This document shows positions 46,017-56,371 of a stretch of DNA of 60,186 nt, in pieces. A program made the translations under genes and the position numbers. Within the stretch, counting starts at the first letter, position 1; each line of letters begins with the position of its first letter. This DNA is from Bdellovibrionales bacterium (GTDB lineage Bacteria; Bdellovibrionota; Bdellovibrionia; Bdellovibrionales; UBA1609), in NCBI GenBank assembly GCA_022450595.1, contig JAKUPT010000010.1, positions 1-60,186 on the forward strand. Direction: 5' to 3'. The notes under the pieces were generated by a model. It was not told where the DNA came from. It worked only from the letters and a program-made list of their open reading frames with translations, and ran no database searches.

Positions 46017-46466
46017 ATGTCATTATTTTTTCAAACCATATATATCGCTTCAGATCATGCCGGATTTGACTTAAAATCAAAGGTTCTCCAGCACTTTAAA
46101 GACCTGCCCCTAGTGGACTTAGGATGCCCTAATAAAGAGCGAGTAGATTACCCAGATTATGCTCACAAATTAGTGCAAAAGATTGCTTTAGAGCCCTCGG
46201 ATTCGGCAACATTTAAATCTATGGGTATTTTGATCTGTGGATCTGGACAAGGGGTGGCCATGGCTGCTAATAAAGAAGCTCATATAAGGGCGGCCCTTTG
46301 TTGGAATAAAGAAAGTGCTGAGCTTTCAAGGCTTCACAACAATGCCAATATATTATGCCTTGGTGAGCGATTGATTGAAGAAAAAACAGCCCTTGAAATT
46401 ATAGATGTGTTTTTTAAAACTCAATTTGAAGGCGGAAGACACGCTGATAGAGTAAAAAAGATTTAA
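46017..46466 (+). CDS. rpiB: Ribose-5-phosphate isomerase B
   Basis: ASDHAG, DYPDY, CGSGQG, HNNAN and FEGGRH motifs. Confidence 0.96.
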   Translation: MSLFFQTIYIASDHAGFDLKSKVLQHFKDLPLVDLGCPNKERVDYPDYAHKLVQKIALEPSDSATFKSMGILICGSGQGVAMAANKEAHIRAALCWNKESAELSRLHNNANILCLGERLIEEKTALEIIDVFFKTQFEGGRHADRVKKI

Positions 46467-46477
46467 AAGGAACGTAT

Positions 46478-47710
46478 ATGGATTATTTAAAATCGACTGA
46501 TGAACAAATTTTTAATCTCATTGAAAAAGAAACTGCGAGGCAAGAGTTTGGCTTAGAGATGATCGCCTCTGAAAACTACACCTCTAAGGCTGTAATGGAA
46601 GCTCAAGGTTCGGTGTTAACCAATAAATACGCTGAAGGCTATCCTGGTAAGCGCTACTATGGTGGATGTGAGTTTGTTGATGAGATCGAGCAGCTTGCTA
46701 TAGATCGTGCAAAAGAGTTATTTAAAGCCGAACATGCAAATGTGCAACCCCATTCCGGCTCTCAAGCCAATATGGCGGTTTATTTGGCCGAACTCAAAGC
46801 CGGTGACACGGTGATGGGCATGGACTTATCCCATGGTGGACACCTCACGCACGGCTCCCCAGTAAACTTTAGTGGCATGCTCTTTAATGCGTGCAGCTAC
46901 GGACTGAATTCTGAAACGGAACTGCTTGATTACGACAACATTATGGATGTGGCTAAAAAAAATAAACCGCAACTAATAATTGCTGGCTACAGTGCATACC
47001 CTAGATTTTTAGACTTTGAAAAGTTTAAAGAAATCGCAGACTCTGTTGGTGCAAAACTATTAGTGGATATGGCGCACTTTGCCGGTCTTGTGGCCTCAGG
47101 GCACCACCCTTCTCCGGTTGAGTATGCAGATTACATCACTACCACCACTCATAAAACCCTAAGAGGCCCCAGAGGGGGAATGATTTTATGCAAAGAGGAG
47201 CATGCAAAAAAACTCAACTCTAGAATTTTCCCAGGCATTCAAGGCGGTCCACTGGAGCACGTTATCGCTGCCAAAGCGGTTGCCTATAAAGAGGCTCTAA
47301 GTGAGGACTTTAAAACTTATATTGATCAAGTGATTAAAAACGCCAAAGTTTTAGGTGAAACATTATCTGAAAAAGGAATCAAACTTGTCAGTGGTGGAAC
47401 AGACAACCACTTGCTTTTGATTGATCTTTCAAACAGAGAAATCACAGGTAAAGACGCCGAGATCGCACTAGGACATGCTGGCATAACTGTGAACAAAAAC
47501 ACTGTTCCCAATGAAAAAAGAAGCCCATTTGTTACCAGTGGAATACGCGTTGGAACACCAGCTCTGACCACTCGTGGCATGAAAGAAGAGCAGATGAAAA
47601 CCATTGGTGATTGGATTGCTTCGGTGATTGATAATGCCTCGAATGAAGACAAACTTCGTGAAATTAAAACTGACGTAGAGAACCTTTGTAAGGACTTTCC
47701 TCTGTATTAA
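46478..47710 (+). CDS. glyA: Serine hydroxymethyltransferase
   Basis: [19 protein letters not shown] and [14 protein letters not shown] motifs. Confidence 0.98.
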   Translation: MDYLKSTDEQIFNLIEKETARQEFGLEMIASENYTSKAVMEAQGSVLTNKYAEGYPGKRYYGGCEFVDEIEQLAIDRAKELFKAEHANVQPHSGSQANMAVYLAELKAGDTVMGMDLSHGGHLTHGSPVNFSGMLFNACSYGLNSETELLDYDNIMDVAKKNKPQLIIAGYSAYPRFLDFEKFKEIADSVGAKLLVDMAHFAGLVASGHHPSPVEYADYITTTTHKTLRGPRGGMILCKEEHAKKLNSRIFPGIQGGPLEHVIAAKAVAYKEALSEDFKTYIDQVIKNAKVLGETLSEKGIKLVSGGTDNHLLLIDLSNREITGKDAEIALGHAGITVNKNTVPNEKRSPFVTSGIRVGTPALTTRGMKEEQMKTIGDWIASVIDNASNEDKLREIKTDVENLCKDFPLY

Positions 47711-47728
47711 TACTCACTTTTGCTTTTC

Positions 47729-47756
47729 TAAAGCCCAGCTTTTGAAAAGCCGATAA
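47729..47756 (+). promoter_or_regulatory. sigma28 (FliA) promoter
   Basis: TAAA-N16-GCCGATAA, with a consensus -10 element. Confidence 0.72.
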
Positions 47757-47800
47757 GCCTAGTAATAGATTCCTTTGAAATCTGTTGCTAGGATAAAGAT

Positions 47801-48331
47801 ATGAATATAAAAACAGCTGTGCTTTTTATTTTAGTTTTTCTCATCTCTGCTTGTTCGCATCTAAATATGCCGGCCTATAAAAAGCCAGCTCATTATAACT
47901 CATACAGTGCTCACAGTTACAGCTCTGGAGAGCTTGAGCTGATCTGGCCCATTGAAAGAGCAAGGCTCACACAGCCTTTTGCGCCTCCTGCAAACCCTAA
48001 ACATGATGGTATTGACTTAGCAGCTCCTCTAGGAACAAAGATATTTGCAGCCCACTCTGGGCGCGTGATTTTTGCCGGAAGAAAGTACCGTGGATACGGT
48101 AAAATGATTATTTTAAAATACAACAACTCCTATGCCACGCTCTACGCTCACTTACATAAAATTCATGTAAAGCGAGGCGACTGGGTTAAGGTCGGAGACA
48201 CCATTGCGGCCATGGGAAGCACTGGTAGATCCACCGGAGTGCACTTGCATTTTGAAGTTTTAAGAAACAAAATTCCAGTAAACCCACTGGCTTATTTAGA
48301 TCAAAGCTATATCAAAGTTGCTGACAAGTAA
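47801..48331 (+). CDS. M23 family peptidoglycan endopeptidase lipoprotein
   Basis: ISAC lipobox; HDGID, YAHL and HLHFE motifs. Confidence 0.92.
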   Translation: MNIKTAVLFILVFLISACSHLNMPAYKKPAHYNSYSAHSYSSGELELIWPIERARLTQPFAPPANPKHDGIDLAAPLGTKIFAAHSGRVIFAGRKYRGYGKMIILKYNNSYATLYAHLHKIHVKRGDWVKVGDTIAAMGSTGRSTGVHLHFEVLRNKIPVNPLAYLDQSYIKVADK

Positions 48332-48370
48332 TTATAATAAATAAAACAACTAAATCACTGAAGTACCAAA

Positions 48371-48442
48371 CTACAACTACAACTACAACTACAACTACAA
48401 CTACAACTACAACTACAACTACAACTACAACTACAACTACAA
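48371..48442. repeat. Hexanucleotide microsatellite (CTACAA)12
   Basis: Twelve perfect tandem copies counted directly. Confidence 0.97.
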
Positions 48443-48481
48443 AAATAGTAACCCGGAATTTTCAAAGGTGAATCATTAAAT

Positions 48482-48517
48482 AAAAAAAAAGAGCCCACAT
48501 TTTCATGCAGGCTCTTT
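48482..48517 (-). terminator. Intrinsic terminator for the minus-strand OMP gene
   Basis: AAAGAGCC...GGCTCTTT hairpin, with a T9 tail on the minus strand. Confidence 0.7.
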
Positions 48518-48553
48518 GCGCGCTGTTAGACTCCCCTATAGCAAAGGGAGAAT

Positions 48554-49477
48554 TTAAATTTTCATTTTTAAATATATATTGTACGAGATGTTACTAAAGA
48601 TGGCGTCTTTATCCACTTGCCAAAGCTTGAAACGATCACCAGAGTTAAAGTCATAGGTCTGCTTCACATATGGGTTGATTGTAAACACCCCAATGTCATA
48701 CTCAAAACCTGTATCTAACTGCCCTAAAAGCTCTGGAGCCTCATCTAAACCTTTTTTGTAATAAAAGTCTTGATACAGTCTTGTGTACAAAAAGAAGTCG
48801 TCGTTAACTACATATTCTGTAGTCAGCTCATTGGTAAAACGCGTTCTATCATCTTTAAGAGAGCTTTCATAAATGTAGTACCTAGAGACTAAAGCATAAG
48901 ACAGTTTCCACTTTCCTGTATCTAAAAATGGAAAGATCAAATAGGCTCTTGATTGCCAGTTTTTATCTTCATAATCAATATCTCCCAATGGCATATAGTG
49001 ACGGGCCATAAAGTGCATCTTTTGCCCAAACACAGTAGCCGCATTGGCTTTAAAATACACAAAGGCAAGATCTGTGGGCTTAGCACCGGCTTCTAATTGT
49101 TGACCAAACATCTCGTCTTCAGAGTATCTGGAGGCGATATATTGCCTTACTTGAAGACTGCCACCATGATCAAATTTGTAACCAACAGCGGCGTATCCTA
49201 GCCCTGTGGTGCCCTTATAATCTCCGTAATTGACAGTGTTTGCAGATAAAAAGGTCTCTTGAGTAAGTCTAAAGCCCCATTTACTCTTTTGTCTGTCGTA
49301 CATCGAGCTCTCAAGCGAGCTTGAGCCGGTCTCTGAAAGTGGTGCCTTATTTTCAGAAGCAATGCTTGAAATCGCCACAAAGGTTGATGGTTCTATTTGA
49401 GCTTGTTGTTGATTTTGTGCAGACGCTAGGCTGCTAGATACACCGATGGCTAGAATCCATCCCAGATAAAACTTCAT
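48554..49477 (-). CDS. Putative outer-membrane beta-barrel protein
   Basis: Signal peptide from ATG 49477; alternating aromatic/hydrophobic strands; C-terminal YNIYLKMKI. Confidence 0.6.
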   Translation of the reverse strand: MKFYLGWILAIGVSSSLASAQNQQQAQIEPSTFVAISSIASENKAPLSETGSSSLESSMYDRQKSKWGFRLTQETFLSANTVNYGDYKGTTGLGYAAVGYKFDHGGSLQVRQYIASRYSEDEMFGQQLEAGAKPTDLAFVYFKANAATVFGQKMHFMARHYMPLGDIDYEDKNWQSRAYLIFPFLDTGKWKLSYALVSRYYIYESSLKDDRTRFTNELTTEYVVNDDFFLYTRLYQDFYYKKGLDEAPELLGQLDTGFEYDIGVFTINPYVKQTYDFNSGDRFKLWQVDKDAIFSNISYNIYLKMKI

Positions 49478-49751
49478 GCTTCCCCCCACTAAGTCTTAAA
49501 GGCTCATCCCCATAAACCTTTTATTCCTAGACCTTAGATATGCCATGAAATTTTTACTTTTAGAAATGAAAAACTTATCAAAACATAGACGTAACAATTC
49601 TGTTACCAAAACTAATTTATATAAAATTCAATTATTTCAATAATTTATAAATTTGAAACAAATTTACACTGAAATTTTATAACAAAACTCTAACCCACCA
49701 AAACGCACTGTACCAAAAGGTACGGACTACCTAAAGGGGGGGGGAGAGTAA

Positions 49752-50873
49752 TTATATTTTTAAGCTAATGATTAGTAAATAAAGAGTACTTTCTGGAGCA
49801 AATGGCTCAAAGGACTTTCCTTGATTTGAACTATAGCTAAACTCATATTCTGCAATTGGAATTACACCTAAAAAATCAGTTATAGGAATATAAGCCTCAA
49901 AACCTAATTCTAAGGTGTCTTTAAAATCTAAAGGATCTTCCCAGTTTAACTCATCTGTACCAGCATTAAATTTTGTACCTGTATGATAAAATTTATTTTT
50001 AATAAGTGCATATAAAATTGGATCAATAAAGCTAAAACCTTTATAATTAACACCAACTTTATTAGCAAAACTGGAAGCTTCTTGCCCTAACTCATCTTCT
50101 GTGTAAAACCAAAATCTTGTTTCAAGTTCATACAAAAAATTCCAGTTAGATTGCATAATTGGTTTTGTAAAAGTTAAATAGTTTCTCCATTGAATTTTAC
50201 CAATCTTTCTATGTTCTTCTTTAAATGGTAAATAGAGCCTTGAGTGCCATTCAAATTCAACATCTGAAAAAACAATTCCAAAGTTTTTCTTTAAACCCAT
50301 CCTAAAGTCACCAAGCTCATTATCAACATCTTCATCAAAGCTTGTGTGATAAGATTGAGCAAAATACGTGGTTACATCATCTGAATAGGCAAATTCAAAA
50401 CCAGTAATATGTTCTGTTACAACGGAACTCAATCCATTTTCGTTATAATCTTTTCCAATCGTGAGGTTTTCTCCAGAATAGGTGAAATTAAACTTTTCCA
50501 TATCTTTTTGAAAAAGGCCATACTCCCCAACCTGAAATCCACCTCGCTCAGAGGAAGCTGGAGGCGTTAAAATATCTGGATTTGCCGTTTTTCTAACTCT
50601 TTTGTCAGCTTTCACAGGTAGTTCTTCAAAGGCCGGCTCCATAACAGTGGCCTTTGGGCTATTTACGGACTCCGCGTTGACTTGGGATTCAAGACCTTGT
50701 TCTGAATCATCAGATGAAGTTTCACTGGAACTTAATTCTTCAGCTTTAGTAGACGTATTAGCTTCTTCAGCACTCTGCTCTTCCACAACCTCTTCAACGG
50801 GAGCAACTTCAGTTTGTTGAGCAAAAGTCATATGACCAATTAAAAGCAGGATCAAAGGGAATAATCTTAGCAT
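49752..50873 (-). CDS. Putative outer-membrane beta-barrel protein with acidic N-terminal extension (paralog of its neighbour)
   Basis: Signal peptide; Glu/Ser-rich segment; RLYLP, RNYL and TRFW match RHYMP, RAYL and SRYY in the neighbour. Confidence 0.6.
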   Translation of the reverse strand: MLRLFPLILLLIGHMTFAQQTEVAPVEEVVEEQSAEEANTSTKAEELSSSETSSDDSEQGLESQVNAESVNSPKATVMEPAFEELPVKADKRVRKTANPDILTPPASSERGGFQVGEYGLFQKDMEKFNFTYSGENLTIGKDYNENGLSSVVTEHITGFEFAYSDDVTTYFAQSYHTSFDEDVDNELGDFRMGLKKNFGIVFSDVEFEWHSRLYLPFKEEHRKIGKIQWRNYLTFTKPIMQSNWNFLYELETRFWFYTEDELGQEASSFANKVGVNYKGFSFIDPILYALIKNKFYHTGTKFNAGTDELNWEDPLDFKDTLELGFEAYIPITDFLGVIPIAEYEFSYSSNQGKSFEPFAPESTLYLLIISLKI

Positions 50874-51091
50874 TTTTCACCTCATTTAAGTTCTGAGCAC
50901 TTTCTCATGGGTTTTTGGCATTTAAAAGATTCAAGGACCTTATTTATAATAATTACAGTGAGTTAGATGGCATTCCTCATCTAAATTTTGCCTGATTTTA
51001 GGGCTATCCTAATAAACTTATAAAAGCCTGAAAAAAGACATTGAATACCACCCTAGGCTTTTTTACATTAGTAGCTTTTAAAGGAGAATAG

Positions 51092-53080
51092 ATGTCATCA
51101 AAAATGCTTGTAACAACTGCCTTGCCCTACGCCAATGGAGACATTCATATCGGCCACATCCTTGAACACATTCAAGCAGACATCTGGTGCAGATTTCACC
51201 GCATGCAAGGCATCGACTGCCGCTTTTTTTGTGCCGACGACACCCACGGCACCCCAATCATGGTTAGTGCCCAGGCTCAAAACATCACTCCAGAACAGCT
51301 TATTGCAAAAAGTTACGACAACCACTACAGAGACCTTACAGGCTTTTTAGTTGAGTACGATAACTACTACACCACTAACTCTGAAGAAAACAAACAGCTC
51401 ATTTATGAAATCTATGAGGCTTTAAAAAACAAAAACCACATTGAGACTAAAACCATTCAACAAGCCTACTGTGAACACGACAAAATGTTTTTACCAGATC
51501 GTTTTGTTAAGGGCACTTGCCCTAAGTGTGGTGCAAAAGAGCAGTTTGGTGATGCTTGTGAGGTGTGCTCTCATACATACAGCACAGCAGAACTTAAAGA
51601 TTCATACTGTACGCTTTGCAAAAACCCACCCACACAAAAACAAAGTGAACACTTGTTTTTTAAGCTTGGTGACTTTCAAGACTTTTTAAAAGCTTGGGTG
51701 AAAGATCACACTCAAAGTGAAATCTCAAACAAACTAAACGAATGGCTCGATCAAGACTTAAAAAGTTGGGACATCTCACGTGACAAACCCTATTTTGGAT
51801 TTGAAATCCCAGGCTATAAAGAAAAGTACTTCTATGTTTGGGTGGACGCCCCTGTGGGTTACATGGCCAGCACCTTAAACTGGTGTAACAAAAACGATCA
51901 AAACTTTGCGGACTGGTGGAAAAATAAAGACACTAAAATTTACCACTTTATTGGAAAAGACATTGTTTACTTTCACACGCTATTTTGGCCAGCCATGCTT
52001 GAGGCTTCAGGCTTTAACACTCCTGAAAAAGTATTTGTGCACGGATTTGTAAAAGTTAACGGCGAGAAGATGAGTAAATCTAAAGGCACTTTCATTAATG
52101 CTAAAACCTTTTTAAATCATTTAAGTCCTGAGTATTTGCGCTACTACTACGCCAGCAAATTAAGCCTAAATGTGGATGACTTAGATTTAAATTTAAATGA
52201 CTTTATGAGCCGCGTGAACTCCGAGCTTGTAGGAAAAATTACCAACCTTGCCTCTCGTGGAGCTCAAATGCTTGGCAAGCGTTTAGATGGCATAGTGGTT
52301 CCTTTGAAATCTAAAGAGGCCAAAGAGTTAGTCCAAATGGCGCAATCAAAATCTGAGATCATTGCAAAAGCCTACACAGATTTAAACTTTCACAAAGCCC
52401 TTACTGAAATTAGAACTATTGCTGATGAGGCCAACAAGTACTTTGATCAAAAACAACCTTGGAACCTGATTAAAGAAGATCCGGAGAGCACAAAAGAGGT
52501 TCTTTCAGCCATTATCAATGTGTTTAGAATCATCACCATTTACTTAAAACCCGTGCTTCCAAGCTACGCCTTGCAAGTGGAAAAACTATTTAATGACAAG
52601 CCCTACACTTGGGACGACACCAAGCACTTACTAGAGAACAAAAAAATTAATGAGTACACTCACCTAATGGGTAGAATTGATAAAAAGGCCATAGATGCAA
52701 TGATTGAAGAAGAAAAATCACAAACCAAAGAAAAACCTAAAAAAACAGAAAACTTTATTGAGATCGATGACTTTTTAAAAGTCGACCTAAGAGTGGGTTT
52801 AGTAGAAATTGTTGAGCCTGTTGAAGGCGCTGATAAACTGCTTAAACTTATCATTGATCTTGGCCCCATGGGTAAAAAACAAGTCTTTGCCGGCATTAAG
52901 TCCAATTACAGTGAAGAGACCTTAAAAGGAAAGCTGGTGGCCACAGTGGTCAACTTAAAACCTAGAAAGATGAAGTTTGGCGTCAGTGAAGCCATGGTTC
53001 TTGCCGGCAGTGGAAAAAAAGGCGGCCCCCGAGTGCTACTTCCTGATGGAGAGCTTAAACCTGGAGATAAAATTAAGTAA
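51092..53080 (+). CDS. metG: Methionyl-tRNA synthetase with C-terminal tRNA-binding domain
   Basis: ALPYANGDIHIGH, Zn knuckles, KMSKS and the DLRVG...NLKPRKM OB domain. Confidence 0.98.
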   Translation: MSSKMLVTTALPYANGDIHIGHILEHIQADIWCRFHRMQGIDCRFFCADDTHGTPIMVSAQAQNITPEQLIAKSYDNHYRDLTGFLVEYDNYYTTNSEENKQLIYEIYEALKNKNHIETKTIQQAYCEHDKMFLPDRFVKGTCPKCGAKEQFGDACEVCSHTYSTAELKDSYCTLCKNPPTQKQSEHLFFKLGDFQDFLKAWVKDHTQSEISNKLNEWLDQDLKSWDISRDKPYFGFEIPGYKEKYFYVWVDAPVGYMASTLNWCNKNDQNFADWWKNKDTKIYHFIGKDIVYFHTLFWPAMLEASGFNTPEKVFVHGFVKVNGEKMSKSKGTFINAKTFLNHLSPEYLRYYYASKLSLNVDDLDLNLNDFMSRVNSELVGKITNLASRGAQMLGKRLDGIVVPLKSKEAKELVQMAQSKSEIIAKAYTDLNFHKALTEIRTIADEANKYFDQKQPWNLIKEDPESTKEVLSAIINVFRIITIYLKPVLPSYALQVEKLFNDKPYTWDDTKHLLENKKINEYTHLMGRIDKKAIDAMIEEEKSQTKEKPKKTENFIEIDDFLKVDLRVGLVEIVEPVEGADKLLKLIIDLGPMGKKQVFAGIKSNYSEETLKGKLVATVVNLKPRKMKFGVSEAMVLAGSGKKGGPRVLLPDGELKPGDKIK

Positions 53081-53817
53081 TGAGAAAGATCAAACAACTT
53101 TACCTTTACTTAAAACAATTAGAACAAGTGCTTAGACTTCGAAGCTTAAGCGATGAAGAGCTATCGGTTTTAAAACAAAAACTAAGCGACAGTGAAAACG
53201 AACATGTTGTGGCTTTAACTCGTATGGTTCAACCTAACATGAACGAGCGCGACTTTTACAACCTGATGGTGCCCATTGAAAGATTACTAGATGTAACACC
53301 TGAAGATGAAAGCTTTGAAGTCACTCACAAAGACGCCACAAACAAAAAAGCCGCCACAGCGCCTGTCGTGTTTATACTTGATCATTTAAGATCTGCGTAC
53401 AATGTGGGTTCTATTTTTAGAACGGCCGAGTTTTTTAATTTAGAAAAAATCATTTGCACCGGCTACACGGCCACTCCGGATTCTTCTAAAGTGAAAAAAA
53501 CCGCCATGGAGAGTGCTGAAAATGTTCAGTGGGCCTATGAAAAAGACACCCTTAAAGCCATTAAAAATTTAAAAGATCAGGGCTACAACATTTACGCTTT
53601 AGAGACTTCAAGCAATGCTTCTAACCTTAACACCTCTCGCATTGAATTTCCTTGTGCATTTGTTTTAGGCAATGAGCGCTTTGGTCTTTTAAAAGAAGTA
53701 TTATGTTACACAGACAGAACATTTTTTATTCCTCAACGAGGTAAAAAGAACTCCTTAAATGTCAGTGTCTGTTCTGGCATTGTTGCCAACGAAGTGGTTC
53801 AGCAGTGGACATCGTAA
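53080..53817 (+). CDS. SpoU/TrmH-family RNA 2'-O-methyltransferase
   Basis: NVGSIFRTA, GNERFG and SLNVS motifs. Confidence 0.9.
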   Translation: MRKIKQLYLYLKQLEQVLRLRSLSDEELSVLKQKLSDSENEHVVALTRMVQPNMNERDFYNLMVPIERLLDVTPEDESFEVTHKDATNKKAATAPVVFILDHLRSAYNVGSIFRTAEFFNLEKIICTGYTATPDSSKVKKTAMESAENVQWAYEKDTLKAIKNLKDQGYNIYALETSSNASNLNTSRIEFPCAFVLGNERFGLLKEVLCYTDRTFFIPQRGKKNSLNVSVCSGIVANEVVQQWTS

Positions 53818-54572
53818 TTAAGCCCATAGGCACTTTTCACTGCGACTTTAAATACAAACAAGATATGCCAAGACAAGGTGTACTCAATCAAACCTCAAAA
53901 GGGGTGGTGAAACTTCATCTTGAAAACGCACCTCAATGCCTTGAGGGGCTAGAGGGCTTCTCACATATATGGTTGATTTACACTTTTCACCAAAATCAAA
54001 ACTGGAAGCCTATGGTGAGCCCTCCAAGAATTCACCCTAAAAAAGTTGGAGTGCTGGCCTCAAGAGCTCCCTATCGCCCCAACCAAATTGGTATGAGCTT
54101 GGTAAAGCTTGAAAAGGTTCTTAACGACAGTCTTGAGGTCAGCGAGTTTGATTTGCTTGATCAAACACCTATTATAGACATCAAACCCTATATTCATTAC
54201 TCAGACTCTAGAGACAATAGCAAGCAAGGATGGTTGATTAATGAAGACAGCTATAAGATTAAATTTACAACTAAAGCCAAAGAACAAGCTCAGTGGATTT
54301 TACAAAATGCTGACTTAGATTTTTATCAAATTGCATACACACAACTATCCACTCAACCTTTTAATGAAAAAATAAAAAGGTTAGAAAAATTAGAGGATCA
54401 CTATATTTTAAAATATCGCACTTGGAGAATTAATTTTAAAGAATCAGAGGATGGCTCAATTGAAGTTCTAGGCTTTAATTCTGGATACAAAAGTGAAGAA
54501 TTAAATTCTTCTCATGATAAGTATTCAGATAAAGCTATACACAAAAGATTTTTAAATAAATTTAATAACTAA
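53805..54572 (+). CDS. tsaA: tRNA (N6-threonylcarbamoyl-A37)-N6-methyltransferase TrmO
   Basis: PRQG, GLEGFSHIWLIY.FH, RAPYRPNQIG and TPIIDIKPY motifs. Confidence 0.92.
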   Translation: MDIVIKPIGTFHCDFKYKQDMPRQGVLNQTSKGVVKLHLENAPQCLEGLEGFSHIWLIYTFHQNQNWKPMVSPPRIHPKKVGVLASRAPYRPNQIGMSLVKLEKVLNDSLEVSEFDLLDQTPIIDIKPYIHYSDSRDNSKQGWLINEDSYKIKFTTKAKEQAQWILQNADLDFYQIAYTQLSTQPFNEKIKRLEKLEDHYILKYRTWRINFKESEDGSIEVLGFNSGYKSEELNSSHDKYSDKAIHKRFLNKFNN

Positions 54573-54664
54573 TTATCTATTTGTTGAACATCTCAAACCA
54601 GATAATCAAATAGATATTTAGAACTAAGTTTAATGCTTAAAATAACAAGATGAATGCATATTTA

Positions 54665-55639
54665 TTAAAATGAAACATTTAATCCAATTTGAGACCTATG
54701 AGCCGAGCTATCTTGACCATTCACATCTTTTAAGGAATGTCTAAGGTTCACAAAGAGTTGAATTCTTGGTTTAAATTTATATTTATAGGTAAAAACTAAA
54801 TTCTGCCCAAGTTCATCATAAATGGTTTGTTGTAAATTGTATTGAGCAGGGCTTTTAGAATCGTAGTAGTTTAATAAGAAGTAACCATAGGAGTTTTTAT
54901 TTTCTATGCCTACAGCATAGCCTCCCTCTCTAGGAGCATCATTGATCATGGTTTGCAGATATTCTAAAGTTAAAGCTGAATTTAATGGTAATATATGTTT
55001 ATAACTAAATCTTTGAGTAGAAAAGTTTAACCTCTCTGAAAAGTCATAACCTAAAGTATGATCATTAGTTGTTACATACTTAAAGCTCATTCTAGTAAAA
55101 TTTAGCTTATGCTGCTTAAACCTGTCAAAAGTGTCTGGGTTAGATAAAGGGTCAGTCTCACCAATCAGAAGTGAGGCAAAAAACTGGTCAGTATTTAAGT
55201 CTAAGCTAAAAGATAAATTATTATAAGTATCACCATTGATGGAATACACACCATCAAGTGTGCTAGAGGCTCTGTTGCTCACGGAGCCAAGCCGGACTTT
55301 ATAGTCAAAAATATCTGTATTGGATTGATAAAAAATGTGCAAACGCTTTAAATAGAAAGAATCATCAAACTCAGTATTACGGTCAACATCCACACCAGTG
55401 TTCATCCATGAAGAGCTGTAACTTTCTGAAGACAATAGCCCCGCTTTTAAACCCCAATTTTCATTGGCCTTTAAGGTGGTAAAAACTTTGAACCGGTATT
55501 GAAGTTGATTATGAGTGGTCTGCCCTTGAGCATTAGCTTGGCTTCTATACCTCATGCCTACAGTTGAACCGTCAAATAGGATTTCAGCGGAATGGGCTGT
55601 AAAAGAAGCAAAAATTAACGATAAAAGAACAAACTTCAT
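54665..55639 (-). CDS. Putative outer-membrane beta-barrel/porin
   Basis: Signal peptide; amphipathic strands; C-terminal IGLNVSF beta-signal. Confidence 0.7.
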   Translation of the reverse strand: MKFVLLSLIFASFTAHSAEILFDGSTVGMRYRSQANAQGQTTHNQLQYRFKVFTTLKANENWGLKAGLLSSESYSSSWMNTGVDVDRNTEFDDSFYLKRLHIFYQSNTDIFDYKVRLGSVSNRASSTLDGVYSINGDTYNNLSFSLDLNTDQFFASLLIGETDPLSNPDTFDRFKQHKLNFTRMSFKYVTTNDHTLGYDFSERLNFSTQRFSYKHILPLNSALTLEYLQTMINDAPREGGYAVGIENKNSYGYFLLNYYDSKSPAQYNLQQTIYDELGQNLVFTYKYKFKPRIQLFVNLRHSLKDVNGQDSSAHRSQIGLNVSF

Positions 55640-55725
55640 AAATAACCTCCGTCAGAAACTTAGATTATTGTATAGCTAATGAAATTTTCCTAGAAGAGAT
55701 CGGGTTTTACAACATGCATTACCAG

Positions 55726-56247
55726 CTATTTATGAAGTCGATGACCTTGTTCAGATAGGTCCATGATTTCCATCACAAGAAAGTCAATGTCACGGTATGA
55801 GATCTTTTGATTTTTTTTATAGGCTTTAATGTCTTGAGTGATGACTTCATGAAGGTTTTTATACAAATGCACAATTTCTGCAACGGCCTCGTTTGACTTT
55901 TTATGTTGCTCACTACCTTTTATAATACCACCCATTGTCCAAGAGCCATCTTTATTTTCTAAAATTAAAGTAAAAGCTTTAATTATAGCTTGAGATGATT
56001 TTTCCGCTCTCAGCAATAACTCATAGCCAAGCTCTGCTGATTTTTTAGACATTTGCTTTTCATAGATCTGTTCTCTGGAAAAGCCTATAAGCTCCTTAAA
56101 AGCCCAATGATGTTTCATCACCTGATTCATCAGTCTGGCAACTTTTTGATTAGGGGGAGTTTTAATATCAAAACTTGAACTACAGTTTAAGGCATAAGAC
56201 TTTATGCTTGATAAAAATATAAGTGCTACAAAAAAAACTTTCCCCAT
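55726..56247 (-). CDS. Secreted helical protein (possibly cytochrome b562-like)
   Basis: Start reassigned to MGKVFFVALIFLSSIKSYA (RBS GGGGG); helical body ending in SEQGHRLHK. Confidence 0.55.
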   Translation of the reverse strand: MGKVFFVALIFLSSIKSYALNCSSSFDIKTPPNQKVARLMNQVMKHHWAFKELIGFSREQIYEKQMSKKSAELGYELLLRAEKSSQAIIKAFTLILENKDGSWTMGGIIKGSEQHKKSNEAVAEIVHLYKNLHEVITQDIKAYKKNQKISYRDIDFLVMEIMDLSEQGHRLHK

Positions 56248-56371
56248 ATCATTCCCCCAAGACCAGTGCTCTTTATAAGAAAACATAGGGCAAAGTTGGA
56301 TAGTTTGCTTATTAAATGAAGAAAATTCATTGCTGTATAAGAATCTCATTTTAAATAAATAATTGATTATT

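Noticed and set aside
48371-48442. CRISPR array
   Set aside because: A simple hexamer repeat without spacers; no cas genes in the window.
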